Positions 24,010 through 39,961 of a stretch of 64,000 bases of DNA are shown here, piece by piece (position 1 is the stretch's first letter; each line of letters opens with the position of its first letter). The position numbers were made by a program, and so were the translations under genes. Source of the DNA: Octopus vulgaris (lineage: Eukaryota). The stretch covers positions 11,408,001 to 11,472,000 of the forward strand of contig OX597821.1 in NCBI GenBank assembly GCA_951406725.2, given 5' to 3'. The notes beneath the pieces were generated by a model. The model saw only the letters and a list, made by a program, of their open reading frames with translations. It made no database searches and was not told where the DNA came from.

Positions 24010-24797
24010 ATTGGCGATTTTTTTTCTCCAACTTCCCTTCTTTTAACTTTTTCTATATTTCTGACGAAGAAACGTGAAATCCTCTTTCTTTTCTTTCTTT
24101 CCTGAGCGTCCAATAACACTGTACTTATTCCACGTCTTCGCGTTGTTGTTTTTTCTCGCCTGTTCATATTTAGTTTAACTATATATGCCGCACGCTCACA
24201 CTAACCCCGGCCTTCTGACTGACTTTGGAGTAACCAATTCCTGGAATTCATGTACCTGCGAATTACTGTTACCATTCATTCGGATAACGCCACTCTAATC
24301 TTGATTGGAAATCATCACAATTTATCCGTGACTCTTCCACTTTTTCTCTTCCTCGTTTTACCTTTCTTCTTTCTTTCTACTTCCACTTTTCTCTTTTTGT
24401 CGCTACCAATAACACCTACACCGACATTCACACCCTCTCACCATGCCTGACCTCCACTCCTTCCTCCCACACCTGCAATCCTTTCTTTGCCGTTTACTTG
24501 CCTTTTTTTCCCCCCACAATCCTTGCAACCCGCAAAAAAACTCTCTCACTTGCTTTTTAAAACACTCGCCATTCAAGCTATCTCTCATTTCAATATGTGA
24601 CCGCGTGTGTATCGTTGGCGATTTTCTTTCTCCGTCTTCCCTTCTTTGAACTTTTTCTATATTTCTGATGAAGAGCTCCGCTCGAAACGTAAATTCCTAT
24701 TTCTTTTCTTTCCTTTCCTGAGCGTCCAATAACACTGTACTTATTCCACGTCCTCGCGTTGTTGTTTTTTCTTGCTTGTTCATGTTTGGATTAACCA
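24010..24797 (+). mobile_element. Family H1 partial tandem (PLE pLTR-like) with hammerhead
   Basis: 24010-24185 repeats at 24615-24797; core CTGATGA-aGAGC-tcc-GCTC-GAAAC-GTA at 24665-24691; first copy has stem II deleted. Confidence 0.7.
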
Positions 24798-24872
24798 TAT
24801 ATATATATATATATATATAATCGGTATGTCTTTACTACCTCTGAAGAATATCTATCTATCTATCTATCTATA

Positions 24873-24955
<83 letters not shown>

Positions 24956-25257
24956 ATATATATTTGCAAGCAAGCGCACACACACTCACACACACACACA
25001 CTCATACACACTCAAACAGAAACTTATATAAACTCACACATACATTTCTAAGCTAAACACAAACATTTTGCTTGCGTGGCTTAAATATGTGTTGCTTAAA
25101 TTTTGCTCTGACATTTTTTATCACACTCACTCACGCACATGCACACACGCGTGCGCGCATATATAGATATACGTATATGCATACATGTACATCAGCATAC
25201 TTTCATGCGCATGTTATATATATATATATATATACTTTCATACATATACAGACAAAG

Positions 25258-25335
<78 letters not shown>

Positions 25336-25670
25336 ACAGAGATAGGTAGTACAAAACATTTATATGTGACTAAATTTTTACTTCGATAAATTCTGTCACG
25401 ATAATTTGACACCAGATCGAAGTGTGATTTCAGTTTTTCAATATTTTTCTAATGTGTTATCTTCGACTTCAAAAATATAAAAAAAGACAATGTAATAAAT
25501 GAAAAAAAAAAAGAGAGATACATGGAATAAAGAGTGGGAAAATGTTCTATTGTTTACTTTACAAGAAAATCAATGACATAACAAGAAATTTGAGAACTGT
25601 TTAACTTGAATGTTTCAAATGACACAGCAAATAAGGGAACGCAAATAATAATAATAATATTAATAATAAT

Positions 25671-25748
<78 letters not shown>

Positions 25749-25850
25749 GTAGAGTCCCTTCTTCTTCTTCTTCTTCTTCTTCTTCTTCTTCTTCTTCTTC
25801 TTCTTCTTCTTCTTCTTCTTCTTCTTCTTTATATGTATGCATGTATGTTG

Positions 25851-26228
25851 GGCGGCGAGCTGGCAGAAACGTTAGCACGCCGGGCGAAATGCTTAGCCGT
25901 ATTTCGTCTGCCGTTACGTTCTGAGTTCAAATTCCGCCGAGGTCGACTTTGCCCTTCATCCTTTCGGGGTCGATAAATTAAGTACCAGTTACGCAATAGG
26001 GTCGATGTAATCAACTTAATCCGTTTGTCTCTCCTTGTTTGACTCCTCTGTGTTTAGCCCCTTGTGGGTAGTAAAGAAATAGGTATTTCACCTGCCGTTA
26101 CGTTCTCAGTTCAAACTCCGCCGAGGTCGACTTTGCTTTTTATCCTTTTGTGGTCGATTAAATAAGTACCAGTTACGCACTGGGGTCGATCTAATCGACT
26201 TAATCTCTTTGTATATCCTTGTTTGACC
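25851..26228 (+). mobile_element. SINE family B dimer (full plus 5'-truncated unit)
   Basis: Second unit restarts at ggtatttc (~26082). Confidence 0.85.
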
Positions 26229-26626
26229 CGGGCGATAAATAAATAAATATACTCGTATGTATGTGTTTGTGTGTGTATGCATGCATGTATGTTTGTGTGT
26301 CTATGTATGCACGTACGGTCGCACGTACGTATGTATGTACTTATGTATGTTATTACTGGTCATCACGCTTCGGCCTGTCACTCTATGTTAATCACAGAGA
26401 CTCCTCAGAGAGTGCTACTTGCGTTACGCAATTGTTTCTTTGCCACCCCATCTTTTGAAAGTCTTGTGGCATTGGAAGAATGATGTACGCAAACCTAACA
26501 AGTTGGAAGCACACAGAAAGTTACACCTTTTTTTGTCACCAACGCTCAAGCCGTGCAGATCTGCAACCGGACTGAATAGTTATCTGAGAGGTCATGCCCA
26601 GAAGATCAGAAATACCACGGACAATG

Positions 26627-27022
26627 TAGTAGTAGGAGCACTCCGTCGGTTACGACGACGAGGCTTCCGGTTGATCCGAATCAACGGAACAGCTTGCTCG
26701 TGATATTAACGTACAAGTGGCTGAGCACTCCACAGACACGTGTACCCCTTAACGTAGTTCTCGAGGAGATTCAGCGTGACGCACAGAATGTGACAAGGCT
26801 GGCCCTTTGAAATACAGGTACAAGAGAAACAGGAAGAAAGAGCGAGAGAAAGTTGTGGTGAAAGAGTACAGCAGGGTTCACCACCACCCCCTGCGGGAGC
26901 CTCGTGGAGCTTTAGGTGTTTTCGCTCAATAAACACTCACAATGCCCGGTCTGGGAATCGAAACCGCGATCATCCGACCGCGAGTCCGCTGCCCTAACCA
27001 CTGGGCCATTGCGCCTCCACTT
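26627..27022 (-). mobile_element. tRNA(Arg)-like SINE family C with 10-bp TSD
   Basis: Head gtggaggcgcaatggcccagtggttagggcagcggactcgc...gtttcgattccc; TSD acggacaatg at 26617-26626 and 27023-27032. Confidence 0.9.
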
Positions 27023-27322
27023 ACGGACAATGAGGACGCAAAAGAAAACAGCAATCATCTCTAAAGATGGAGCAATCACCAATTATGTATGAATACATAT
27101 ATAGGAGCAAAACACTCCCCGTTCAATGGACGGTGCTGAGTTGTCAAATATTTAAACCAAATTTTCTCAAAGCAACTTGTCCGACTGTCCCATAGGCCTC
27201 CCCTTTGAGAAACCCTGATTTAACCTAAATTTGAGACACCAGCAAAAGAAGAAATAAAGATAGACTTTTTTCTATTTCAAAGAAAAACGATTTTATTCGC
27301 ACAAATATGCAACCGAAGAGTA

Positions 27323-27549
27323 CCAGTAAGTACATCGCAACAGCTGATGTACTTGCGCGTACAAATTCACGTTCCCACGGCTTTATCGATCGCATTCTCA
27401 CCTGGAATCGATTTTTCTAATCCTTTCAAGACTTGTACACGCCCTGATAAGTCGGTTTCTACATATCAAATTTGAGCGCAATCGGATGGAGGATGCCCGA
27501 TATCCTAGAAGACACACACACACAGACAGAACGGATTTTATGTAATAGA
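27323..27549 (-). mobile_element. Non-autonomous mini-Helitron
   Basis: A|TCTATTACATAAAA 5' end, (GT)n/GTCT tract, subterminal hairpin aagtacatc/gatgtactt, CTGG|T 3' end. Confidence 0.7.
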
Positions 27550-27557
27550 TGTATTAC

Positions 27558-27591
<34 letters not shown>

Positions 27592-27640
27592 CACACACAC
27601 ACACATATATATATATACACACATACCTACATACACACAC

Positions 27641-27685
<45 letters not shown>

Positions 27686-27687
<2 letters not shown>

Positions 27688-29125
27688 TCTTTATTAGCCA
27701 CACGGCTGCACACAGACGGGACAGATTACAAAGTAGAGCTTTTCTTTTTTTTGGGAGGATCATAAGAGGGAAAGAAGAAAAAAACGGTCAATAGGGATCG
27801 TGTATCACAGTGTCATGATGTACGGTGTAAAGGGGGAAGCAGATAAGGTTTATCCGTGGGAAGAAAAGCCTACGGAAAAGACCACGGTAACCTCCTGTCA
27901 ATATTGTTACATGTTACCACATTTGTTTGCAAGTGGGTAACCCGCTGTTTTCAATTTCTGGGTTCATAGGATTATGCTCAAGGTGGCTTCGTCATTCATA
28001 CGTAACATCCTTGCTACATTCACCCTTTTTTAAAAAAAAAATTCGCTAGACAAAACTTGCCTCTCTACTCTCACTTTCCTTTTCAAGTGATACTTGAAGA
28101 AGTTGATGAGAGATTGAGCAGAGAGGAAAGTGTTTGTCTCCAATCCTTTCAGACGCGTCCACCAGATACATTCTTTCGCCATAGCCAAAAGGATGATGAA
28201 AATAGCTCTTCCTTCCCGTTTGAAGCAAGGAGGCGTGACAATATTGACGATAGACTCGGCTGATAAACCGACTCGTCCCACACGTGACAGCAGTCGTTCG
28301 ACATAAGCCCACAGGTCGGAAATTGTTGGACACTGCACGAGTGCATGCAGAACGGTTTCGTCGCTCTGCCCGCCTCTCGGGCAGGTCGGCCCCGTGTTTC
28401 TCGAGCCGTGTCTGTAGAGCTTATCCCGAACGGGTAGCGCTTCTCGGTAGCACTGCCAGGTCAAGGATCTCTGGAAGTTGTCCATGGGCCCTGGCCCGAA
28501 TGTCGTCCCGAAAAGGCGGGTCAGGTATTCCTCGTCGACGTCCAGGTTCGCCCCGAGCTCGTCGTCGTACCTCCCCTCCACTAATCCCCTATAAAATGCT
28601 TGGGATGTGTTCGAGTCACTCAAGGTCGACCCGGGAGCAACGCGACACTCGCGGTGCCATTCGCCCTTCCTCGGCCTTTTTGATCCACGACTGCAGTTCG
28701 GTCATGGAGACGAGTTGCAGGAAAGCGTGCCTCACAAACGGTGACCACACCTGTTCACCGTCGTCAACATAGAGCCTGAGGTGTCGCAGTCTCAGCGCGT
28801 GTCTGCACATCATCAACCACGGCATGCCCAGTCCTCCTTTTAACAGGTGTTGGCAGCAAATGGATCGCCTGACCATCGGGACGCATCCTTTCCACAAGAA
28901 GCGAAAGAGAATGCGTTCTAGTTTGGTGATGGTAGGGTCGGAACAAGGCACGACGGTCAGGCGGTAGTAGATGACGGACGCGATGTACGAGTTCGCCACC
29001 TCCGCCCGACCTTTTAGGGACAGTTTCCTCTCGGCCCATTGCCGGGCGAGAGTGACCACCCTACTCGTTATCTCGTTCCAGTTCTTCTCCATTTGGAGGT
29101 CCAGACCAAACCAAACCCCGAGTAA
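27686..29125 (-). pseudogene. 5'-truncated Tx1/L1-clade LINE (RT C-terminus, zinc knuckle, 3' UTR)
   Basis: LGVWFG...W.ERKLSLKGRAEVAN...LFRFLWKG...GGLGMP; CPR.GQSDETVLHALVQCP; frameshifts; 3' end abuts (AT)n. Confidence 0.85.
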
Positions 29126-30009
29126 CACCAAGAGTACAGTTCTATATCTATATATTTGCTGTTACACGAGGTCTGTGAGCGAGGCTTGTGAGATTTGTGG
29201 CAGCTTATAAAAGAGAAAACAAGAGCAACAACGAAAATAATAAAATTGATACTTTCTGATTCAAGCACAAGACCAGCAATTCTTGAAGGAAGGAATTTAG
29301 TCGATACCATTAATGCCACCCCTTTATTTTATCGAACTCGAAAGAATGAAAGGCAAAGTTGATTCTAACTGGAATTGAACTCAAAACTTATAGAGCTTGA
29401 ACAATTAGGTGTAACGTTTCTTCTGACACTCTAACGAGTCTTCTTGTCCAGTGAAATAGGAAATATGAATTCATAGGGAAGGGAAGGAGAGAAAGGGGAT
29501 GCGAACGAAGAGAAACTGAATCGAAAAGTATCAATGTTCCATAATATTACAATAGCACATTCCCAAAACTACAACATTCATTTATAAAGTGATAACAGAA
29601 AGAATTTATGTATCAAACTATGTGTTACCTACACCATTGCATACATAACAACAACAACAACAACAACAACAAAAGCTTGATAATAGAGCAAATAAAAATG
29701 GACTGAAAAAAGGGCCGAATGATAACCCGTGGGATTTGTAAAATCTGACCACTAACCGATTTCCAACAGATAAAATAGATTTGTACCAATGAGCGAGCGA
29801 CGTTAGGTTTGGAAATTTCGTAGTACACAGTATGAATAAGAAATGACAAAAAGTGAATATATCAGATTTTGTGCGGTCTTATTAAGTTATACGAATAGAA
29901 TAAGTTGATGTGCATACATATATATTGATAGACAGATGGATAGACAGATAGATGGATGAATGATTTTAAGATAATATATATATATGTATCTGTATATATA
30001 TGTGTGTGT

Positions 30010-31045
<1,036 letters not shown>

Positions 31046-31762
31046 AAGCGTTATTATATTTCATGATCTGCAATATTTCAACATAAAAAATATAATATTT
31101 TTGCTAAAAAATAGCTTGTAATACATTTTATGTGGTATTATGTTTTGCAAAATTGTAAAATTGTATGAAGTTCTTTTAGTAGTGTCTTATTCATACACAT
31201 CTTTCTATATATTTGAATATATTATCCATATTACAGCATATTTTGCTTCTTTTCTTGAAAGGAAAAGAAAAACAAAAAAGACCTATAAGAAGAAGCAATA
31301 CTGTTGACAACATTTCAAAGTTTCTAAAAGGAAGAACATGTTGAAGTAAAGATGTCTTATTGAATTTCATTGACTCAGCGCGAAAATTACAAGATGTTAG
31401 AGTTGAAGTAGGGAAATTGAATTTGCGGTGCGTTCATTCATTCGCTCGTTCATTCACACATCCGAACACAAATACAAGCACACACACACATATGCATACA
31501 ACACACTCATATACATAGACATATAGAGAAATAATTGTTTAATGTCAAAACAGAAAATGGTTATGAAGGACTAAATACTCCTTCTAGAGTAACAAGAAAA
31601 AATAATGAAATAATTCAGTTTTGAAGGGCTCAAAGAAGGAAATAAACAAGCCTACTTTTCCCAAAATACTTCAGATTTAATGTGAATGCGCTTCCTACAT
31701 ACATACATACATATATACGTGTTTATATATATATATACCTATATAAGTATATGTATATTTAC

Positions 31763-31802
<40 letters not shown>

Positions 31803-31820
31803 GTATATATATATATATAC

Positions 31821-31872
<52 letters not shown>

Positions 31873-31888
31873 TATATATATACATATA

Positions 31889-31938
<50 letters not shown>

Positions 31939-32033
31939 ATCCAAACATGAAAACACAAAGAGAAAATACAACGCGAGGACTTGGAACGAGTATAGTGTTA
32001 TTGGACGCTCAGGAAAGGAAAGAAGGATGGAGG

Positions 32034-32068
32034 ACTTAACGTTTCGAGCGGAGCTCTTCGTCAGAAAC
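32034..32068 (-). ncRNA. Minimal hammerhead ribozyme (family H1), intact core
   Basis: gttt-CTGACGA-aGAGC-tcc-GCTC-GAAAC-GTT-aagt within H1 fragment 31933-32070. Confidence 0.7.
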
Positions 32069-32422
32069 ATATATATTTCGATACAAGGGCTAACAATTCA
32101 CAAGAAAAATAATTCCCGAAAAATTAATTTGCTAAGATATTATCAATTTTGTTATTATCTAGTATGACTATTAAAAAAAATTGATAATAACAAAATCAAT
32201 TATATAGGCAATTGTAGGCCCCCAAAAAGCATTAAATAACTGAAGGATTAAAATTAATCAAAGGACATACAAAGTATGTCTACTTGCTGGAAATAACAAT
32301 CAAAAACTCTTATTTAAATCGCCAAAATAGACTGATGATAACTACAGAAATCAACGGAAGGCAAATTAGGTTAATAAACTCTCCTAACGTAAATTTAAGT
32401 ATTTGGACTCATGTGGGTCGGT

Positions 32423-32659
32423 TTAATATTTTTTTATTGCCCACAAGGGGCTAAACTTAGAGGGGAGGACAAACAAGGACAGACAAAGGGATTAAGTCGA
32501 TTACATCGACCCCAGTGCGTAACTGGTACTTAATTTATCGACCTGAAAGGATGAAAGGCAAAGTCGACCTCGGCGGAATTTGAACTCAGAACGCAGCGGC
32601 GAATGAAATGCCACAAAGCATTTCGCCCGGCGTGCTGACGTTTCTGCCAGCTCGCCGCC
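32423..32659 (-). mobile_element. SINE family B with ~17-bp TSD
   Basis: tatttggactcatgtgg at ~32400 and ~32661. Confidence 0.9.
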
Positions 32660-32747
32660 TTATTTGGACTCATGTGGACCGGCATTATCAAAAGTCGCTT
32701 TAGCTTCTTCAGCACGCGGTCCACGTGACTCCAAATACTCTCGATGA

Positions 32748-32798
<51 letters not shown>

Positions 32799-33264
32799 TG
32801 GAAACATAGACCCGACATCATCATTGTCCAATAGCCAAGAAATTCACTTCGCAAACACTCGATCTACATTTCGATCACAAGCTATGCTATCGTCGGCGCG
32901 TGTCAGTTATCTCGCGGAGGTCTAATGAGGCCAGACCATAACTATTACTTTTACCAGTTGACTTCAATGAGGAAATTCTCTCCTATCTACATCATCTATA
33001 CTTTTTGAACTTCAACTGGTTGATTTTATGAGAATTATTTACATTCGTAGCAGTTTAGTTTTATTTTAAATATTACGAGAGAAACAATTTTGTCTGCTGT
33101 CTACACGAATAACGTTGATTGAAGTTTTACAGCAAATTATATTATATATGAGACACTTGTGTATGCGTGTGTATGTGTGTGTGTGTTTATGTGTACACAC
33201 ACACACATACATATATATATAACTATGTATGTATATGTGTATCAATATTTGTGTATATATATAC

Positions 33265-34662
<1,398 letters not shown>

Positions 34663-34953
34663 ACTTAATTGGAAATAGATGCCTGGCGTTCAATCAAATA
34701 GTAATATGAATAATACATATATATTATTTGTTACTTTTACGTTAGTTGTCTTGTTTCCCAATTGCTTCTCTCGTTGTTCTCGTGCCCAACTTTATTTTCG
34801 TATTTCATGTTGCTTACGTTTTGTGACGTCCTGTACCCAAATATGCATATCTAGATACATATATATGTATGTACTTATATGAATGTATATATGCATGTAT
34901 ATATATGTATGCGCGCGTGTGTGTGTGTGTGTGTAGATATGTATATGCATGTG

Positions 34954-35003
<50 letters not shown>

Positions 35004-35502
35004 CATGCATGCATGCATGCATGCATACATACATAAATACATACATACATACATACATACATACATACATACATACACATGTATGAGGTCGCAGCTAATG
35101 CAGATTTTCAGTTAACCACTAGGATGTTACTGGTGCACTCTGGTGAAAGTAAGTGCATGGTTAAAGGTCATGCTTCTGATTGTCTGAGAATTGAACCCCA
35201 GATATACCTCCTGTGTGGACGAACTCCCAATCACTAGATCATGCGATTCCATTTGGTACATATGTACGCAAACAAACATAGTTTCAGCATTGGTCTAAAC
35301 TATTTCCAATACATTGTAATTCTTACAATTGAGTATTGTTACGTGTACAAGATTATGAGGTTGTGTCTAAGCAACAAGTGTATCAACCAGCAACAGTATA
35401 TCCAATATGTGTCTGTATGTGAACTGAAACAACACTTAAAACTTTTAGGTACATCTACACACCTACCTAATCCTGAACCTATATGTGGAAACTAATACGA
35501 CG

Positions 35503-35591
<89 letters not shown>

Positions 35592-36198
35592 AACATACTT
35601 ATCTTTCTATACAAATTCAAACGTAAAATATTTAAGAAGACTTAAGGAGACTTAGAGAGCATCTTTGATGTTTTTACTTTTATTTTTTCTCGTTATCTCA
35701 TTATTTTGTTCGACTGTTTGAACAGATTAGGTACAGGAAGAAGTTTAAATTTTGCTCTATTATATTACCAGACGTATGAAATTTCTTTTATCGTAGTTTC
35801 TGTGAGTTTTGTAGCAGAAAATTTTAATGGAATAGACAGAATAGCTGAAATAAGTAGAAAAAGAGTAAAGACAAAGAAACATTATTTATGTAGGAGATTA
35901 AAACTTTGATCTTATCTTTGATTCTTGCGCGCTATTCATTTAAAGTTGCGTTAAATTCTTTATTCGAGAAATCCATTATTTTTCACTTGGATGAAGATTT
36001 TCAATGCCTTCGGTCATGATATGCATGAAACACATACAACTTAGTAAAGAACAAGCTTTTGTTATAAAGCTGGTCTGCCTTTCATACATTTGGGGTCGTA
36101 AAATTAAATATCAGTCAAGCACTGTATGTCGATGTATGTCGCTAACACCTTCCCCCAAATTCCAGGCCTTATTCCTATAGCAGAAATGATTTTTATTA

Positions 36199-36823
36199 CA
36201 TTTCTAAATATCTCAGAGAGATATAAGCAGTGGTGGAACGATAGAGTAGTCGTATACTGTCAACTTAATGTGACAGTCCCATGAAGGGAATCACACCACT
36301 GCTATTAAGCCCTAGGAAGCAGCAACGTTTCCTGTCGACCTTGACATATTTCCTGTTTCCTTATATTTACAAGGGGGAGACAAGCACCTCCACCCAGCTA
36401 AGCCTGCATCCAGAGACTAGTTTCTGAGAATTTGCTCGTCATCAGTCTGGAGTAGCATGTCCTGCTAGTTGGAGGTGCCTATCTAGCTCTTGTAAACATA
36501 TAAGAATTCTAGTGAAATAAATCCACTGATTACAAAAATAGAAATAATCCATTTCTAAATATCTCAGAGAGATTTATGCAGTAGTGGTACGATAGAGTAG
36601 TTGTATACTGTCAACTTAATGTGACAGTCCCATGAATGCAGGCTTAGCTGGATGCAGGCTTAGCTGGATGGAGGTGCTTATCCCACCTCCCTTGTAAACA
36701 TAAGGACACAAAAAATGTGTCAAGGCCGACAGGAAGCGTTGCTGCTTCCTAGGGCTGAATAGCAGTAGTGTGATTCCCTTCATGGGACTGTCACATTAAG
36801 TTGATAGTATACAACTACTCTAT
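36199..36823 (-). mobile_element. Retrozyme/PLE-like element: 351-bp monomer, partial tandem and inverted segment
   Basis: 36199-36285 repeats at 36550-36636; 36637-36823 is the inverse of ~36241-36413. Confidence 0.8.
36409..36451 (-). ncRNA. Minimal type I hammerhead ribozyme (family H6)
   Basis: TCCAGA-CTGATGA-cGAG-caaatt-CTCa-GAAAC-TA-GTC-TCTGGA; perfect 6-bp stem I, GUC triplet. Confidence 0.85.
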
Positions 36824-37375
36824 TTTTATTATTATTATTAATAAATTAAGTACCAGTGAAACTTTCAGGCTTTGTGCCTATAGTAGAAAAAAAAAAGAAA
36901 ATCAGTTTTATTATTATTATTGTTGTTGCTGTTGCAGTTGTTATCATTATCCTCACCATCTTCATTATTACTGAAATATGTGTGAAAGTTGCGACAATGG
37001 CAAGGGCGGATGGTATCTCTCTAAGTGTAGACCTGTGAGTCGGAGAGAAGGAATTGGAGAGGGCACTTGCTCCTGGGGTTTCAGGGAAATCTCGGACAGT
37101 GGGGTCTCTCGATTATCCCTAGAGGACTTCCTGTATCAGGAGGGCCACATTTCTATCATACTCACTTTAAAAAAAAATTATTTGTATGCTATGCATGTGT
37201 CCCTTCTTTTTCAGTGTATACCGTGTATACTTTCTTTCTTTCCTTTTTTTTTTATATCCTTTCATTATATGTAATCCCAACGCACACTTTATGTCTGTCA
37301 TTGTATTGTTTCCCTCATCCTTCTCCCTTCTGGCAAATAAATTAAGCCATTATTATTATTATTATTATCATTATT

Positions 37376-38922
37376 CAGTAGTTTTATTTTTATAGCGTGC
37401 TTTCCCTTCACTACCGAGCACCGCTCTGTATGCTTTGGGTATGTGCTGTGATTTGTTGTGATGCTCTGATGGTTATTGTATGGAAAGTGTTCTGCGTAGG
37501 ATGTGTGCAGTGCCTAGTAGTGCAATTTTCTGTATGTTATATGTGTTTGTAAGTCCTGGTGTTTTTGTTATGTATTTGTCTGAATATTTTTTTATCATGC
37601 CTAATGCACCTACTATGATAGGAATTGTTTCTGTTTTCAGATTCCACATTCTAGTTACCTCTATTTCCAGGTCTTTGTATTTTGAGAGTTTCTCCATTTC
37701 TTTTAGAGACACGTTGTCATCTGCCGGTATTGATACATCAATTAGAAAGCATTTTTTTCTTCATGATCTCTGACAACTATATCTGGTCTGTTGGCCTTAA
37801 TTTCTCTATCTGTGTGTATCGGCATATCCCAGAGTATGGTTGCTTTCTCGTTTTCTGTGACCTTTTCTGGTGTGTGCCTATACCATCTTTTTTCTGTTGT
37901 TATTCCATAATGTTGGCATAGCTTCCAATGTATGTAGGTTCCAACTCTGTCATGTCTGTGAATATATTCCTTCTTAGCCAAGACTGGGCAGCTAGAGATA
38001 ATATGATTTATTGTTTCTTGTCCATCTCCACATATTCTGCAGTTACTTGTAATATTTCTTTTCATTACATGTTTTTGGTAATTTCTGGTGGGGAGGCTTT
38101 GGTCTTGTGCTGCAATTAAAAATCCCTCTGTTTCTGCTTTGAGTCCTGAGCTTCTCAACCATTGCTGGGATTTTTCTTTGTCTATTTCTTTTGCGTTTAG
38201 TTTAGTCCAGTATTTACCATGAAGGGGCTTTTCTTGCCATCGTTTTATCATGGTTTGTTGCTGTTCTATTTTTAGTTTGGATTTCATTTGTTTTATAGCT
38301 GTTGTTGTGTCTTCATCTTCTTCTTCTTCTTCTTCATGTTTATTAGGTGGTATGGTTTCTTGTTTGTATTTGTCAGCTTCCTTAAATACTGAGAACAGTT
38401 TTTTGTTTTGCTCGTGTTTTGCCGCTATCTGGATCAGTTTTCCTTCCTTCTGAAGTAGATATTTTTGCAGTCCTATGGTGGTTATTTTATAGTAATTTTC
38501 CAGCTGTATAAGGCCTCTACCACCTTCTATACGTTGTATATATAGTCTTTCTATGTCAGATTTTGGGTGATGCATCCTAGATCCTGTCATTATTTTTCTT
38601 GTTTTCCTCTCTATTTTGGTCAGTTCATTTCGTGTCCAGTTAAGGATATTGTAGCTGTAACTTATAACTGGGACAGCTAAAGTGTTGATACCTATTATCT
38701 TGTTTTTAGCATTGAGCTCTGTGTTTAGTATTGATCTAACTCGTCTATAATATTCTTTTTTTATTTTCTCTTTCATTTGTGTGTGTTGTGTCTTATCTAG
38801 TTCATGGATTCCTAAGTATTTGTAAGTTTGGCTTTGGTCTAATTCTTTTATTTCATTGGTTTTATCTAGTGTGATGTTGTTACTCTTAACTAGTTTTCCT
38901 CTTTTCATGGTTACTTTGGCGC

Positions 38923-38927
<5 letters not shown>
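37376..38927 (-). mobile_element. 5'-truncated Dong/R4-type LINE with restriction-like endonuclease, inserted in (TAA)n
   Basis: ORF 37742-38908: YKYLGI, RLY..R.EGGRGL, CRICGDGQETINHIISSCP, RHD, RPDIVV; continues after one homopolymer frameshift to KYKDL...LGTAHILRR; (TAA)n on both flanks. Confidence 0.9.
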
Positions 38928-38974
<47 letters not shown>

Positions 38975-39140
38975 TTCTCTTTATCACAGGTTTTGTTGAA
39001 GCTCCTGGAGTCTTGCATGCGTAGCGAGCTTATTACCTGCAGCCTACGGTATCATGCTATTCGTTCTTTTCAGCCATCTAATATTTTCCTGATTATTCTG
39101 GCTGTGCCAAGGAATCAAACCTTTTGTAACAGTTATACTT
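38975..39140 (-). pseudogene. 3' tip of another Dong/R4-type LINE
   Basis: LLQKV*FLGTARIIRKIL; flanked by (TAA)n. Confidence 0.6.
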
Positions 39141-39159
39141 TATTATTATTATTGTTATT

Positions 39160-39687
39160 ATTGAGTGAGAGAGCAGTGCATGCCATCAAAATGACACTGG
39201 GGTAAAATATATGAAGCCCAGTAAACCCATCATGACTATCCGTCTGATAAGAGTACACTACGTACATGCATCACAACCATATGTGCGCGACATGGTGATC
39301 TCATATCAAGATAAACAGCACATGACCTTGCAGGTGGGGCCCAGCTAGAATTTTCGTCTAGTCGAAAGGGTTGTTTAAGGATGATGAACAAAACACCCTG
39401 TTTCCAGAGGTGAATTATTCAAACCCCAAAGAATTCCTCTCAATTCATAGCTATGATGATCCTCCACTACTTTTGCTCATGATCAGAGATGAATATATCG
39501 CTAGCCACTAAGGGAGATGCTCAACTGGTTAAGGTCAAACAACTGACAAGCAAATCTGTGGTATTGAGCAGAATATTTGCTGTAGCCCATCTTTTATACC
39601 AAGACAAAACAATGTACATGACAACACTTCCAATCAGTTAAGATCAGAAGCCACGAGAGCCACTGCCTGGTTCTGCGTCAGGGCATT

Positions 39688-39688
<1 letters not shown>
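39160..39688 (-). mobile_element. ~530-bp non-coding retroposon family F with (AAT)n tail
   Basis: Reverse complement of 55657-56175; sits among trinucleotide repeats. Confidence 0.8.
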
Positions 39689-39961
<273 letters not shown>

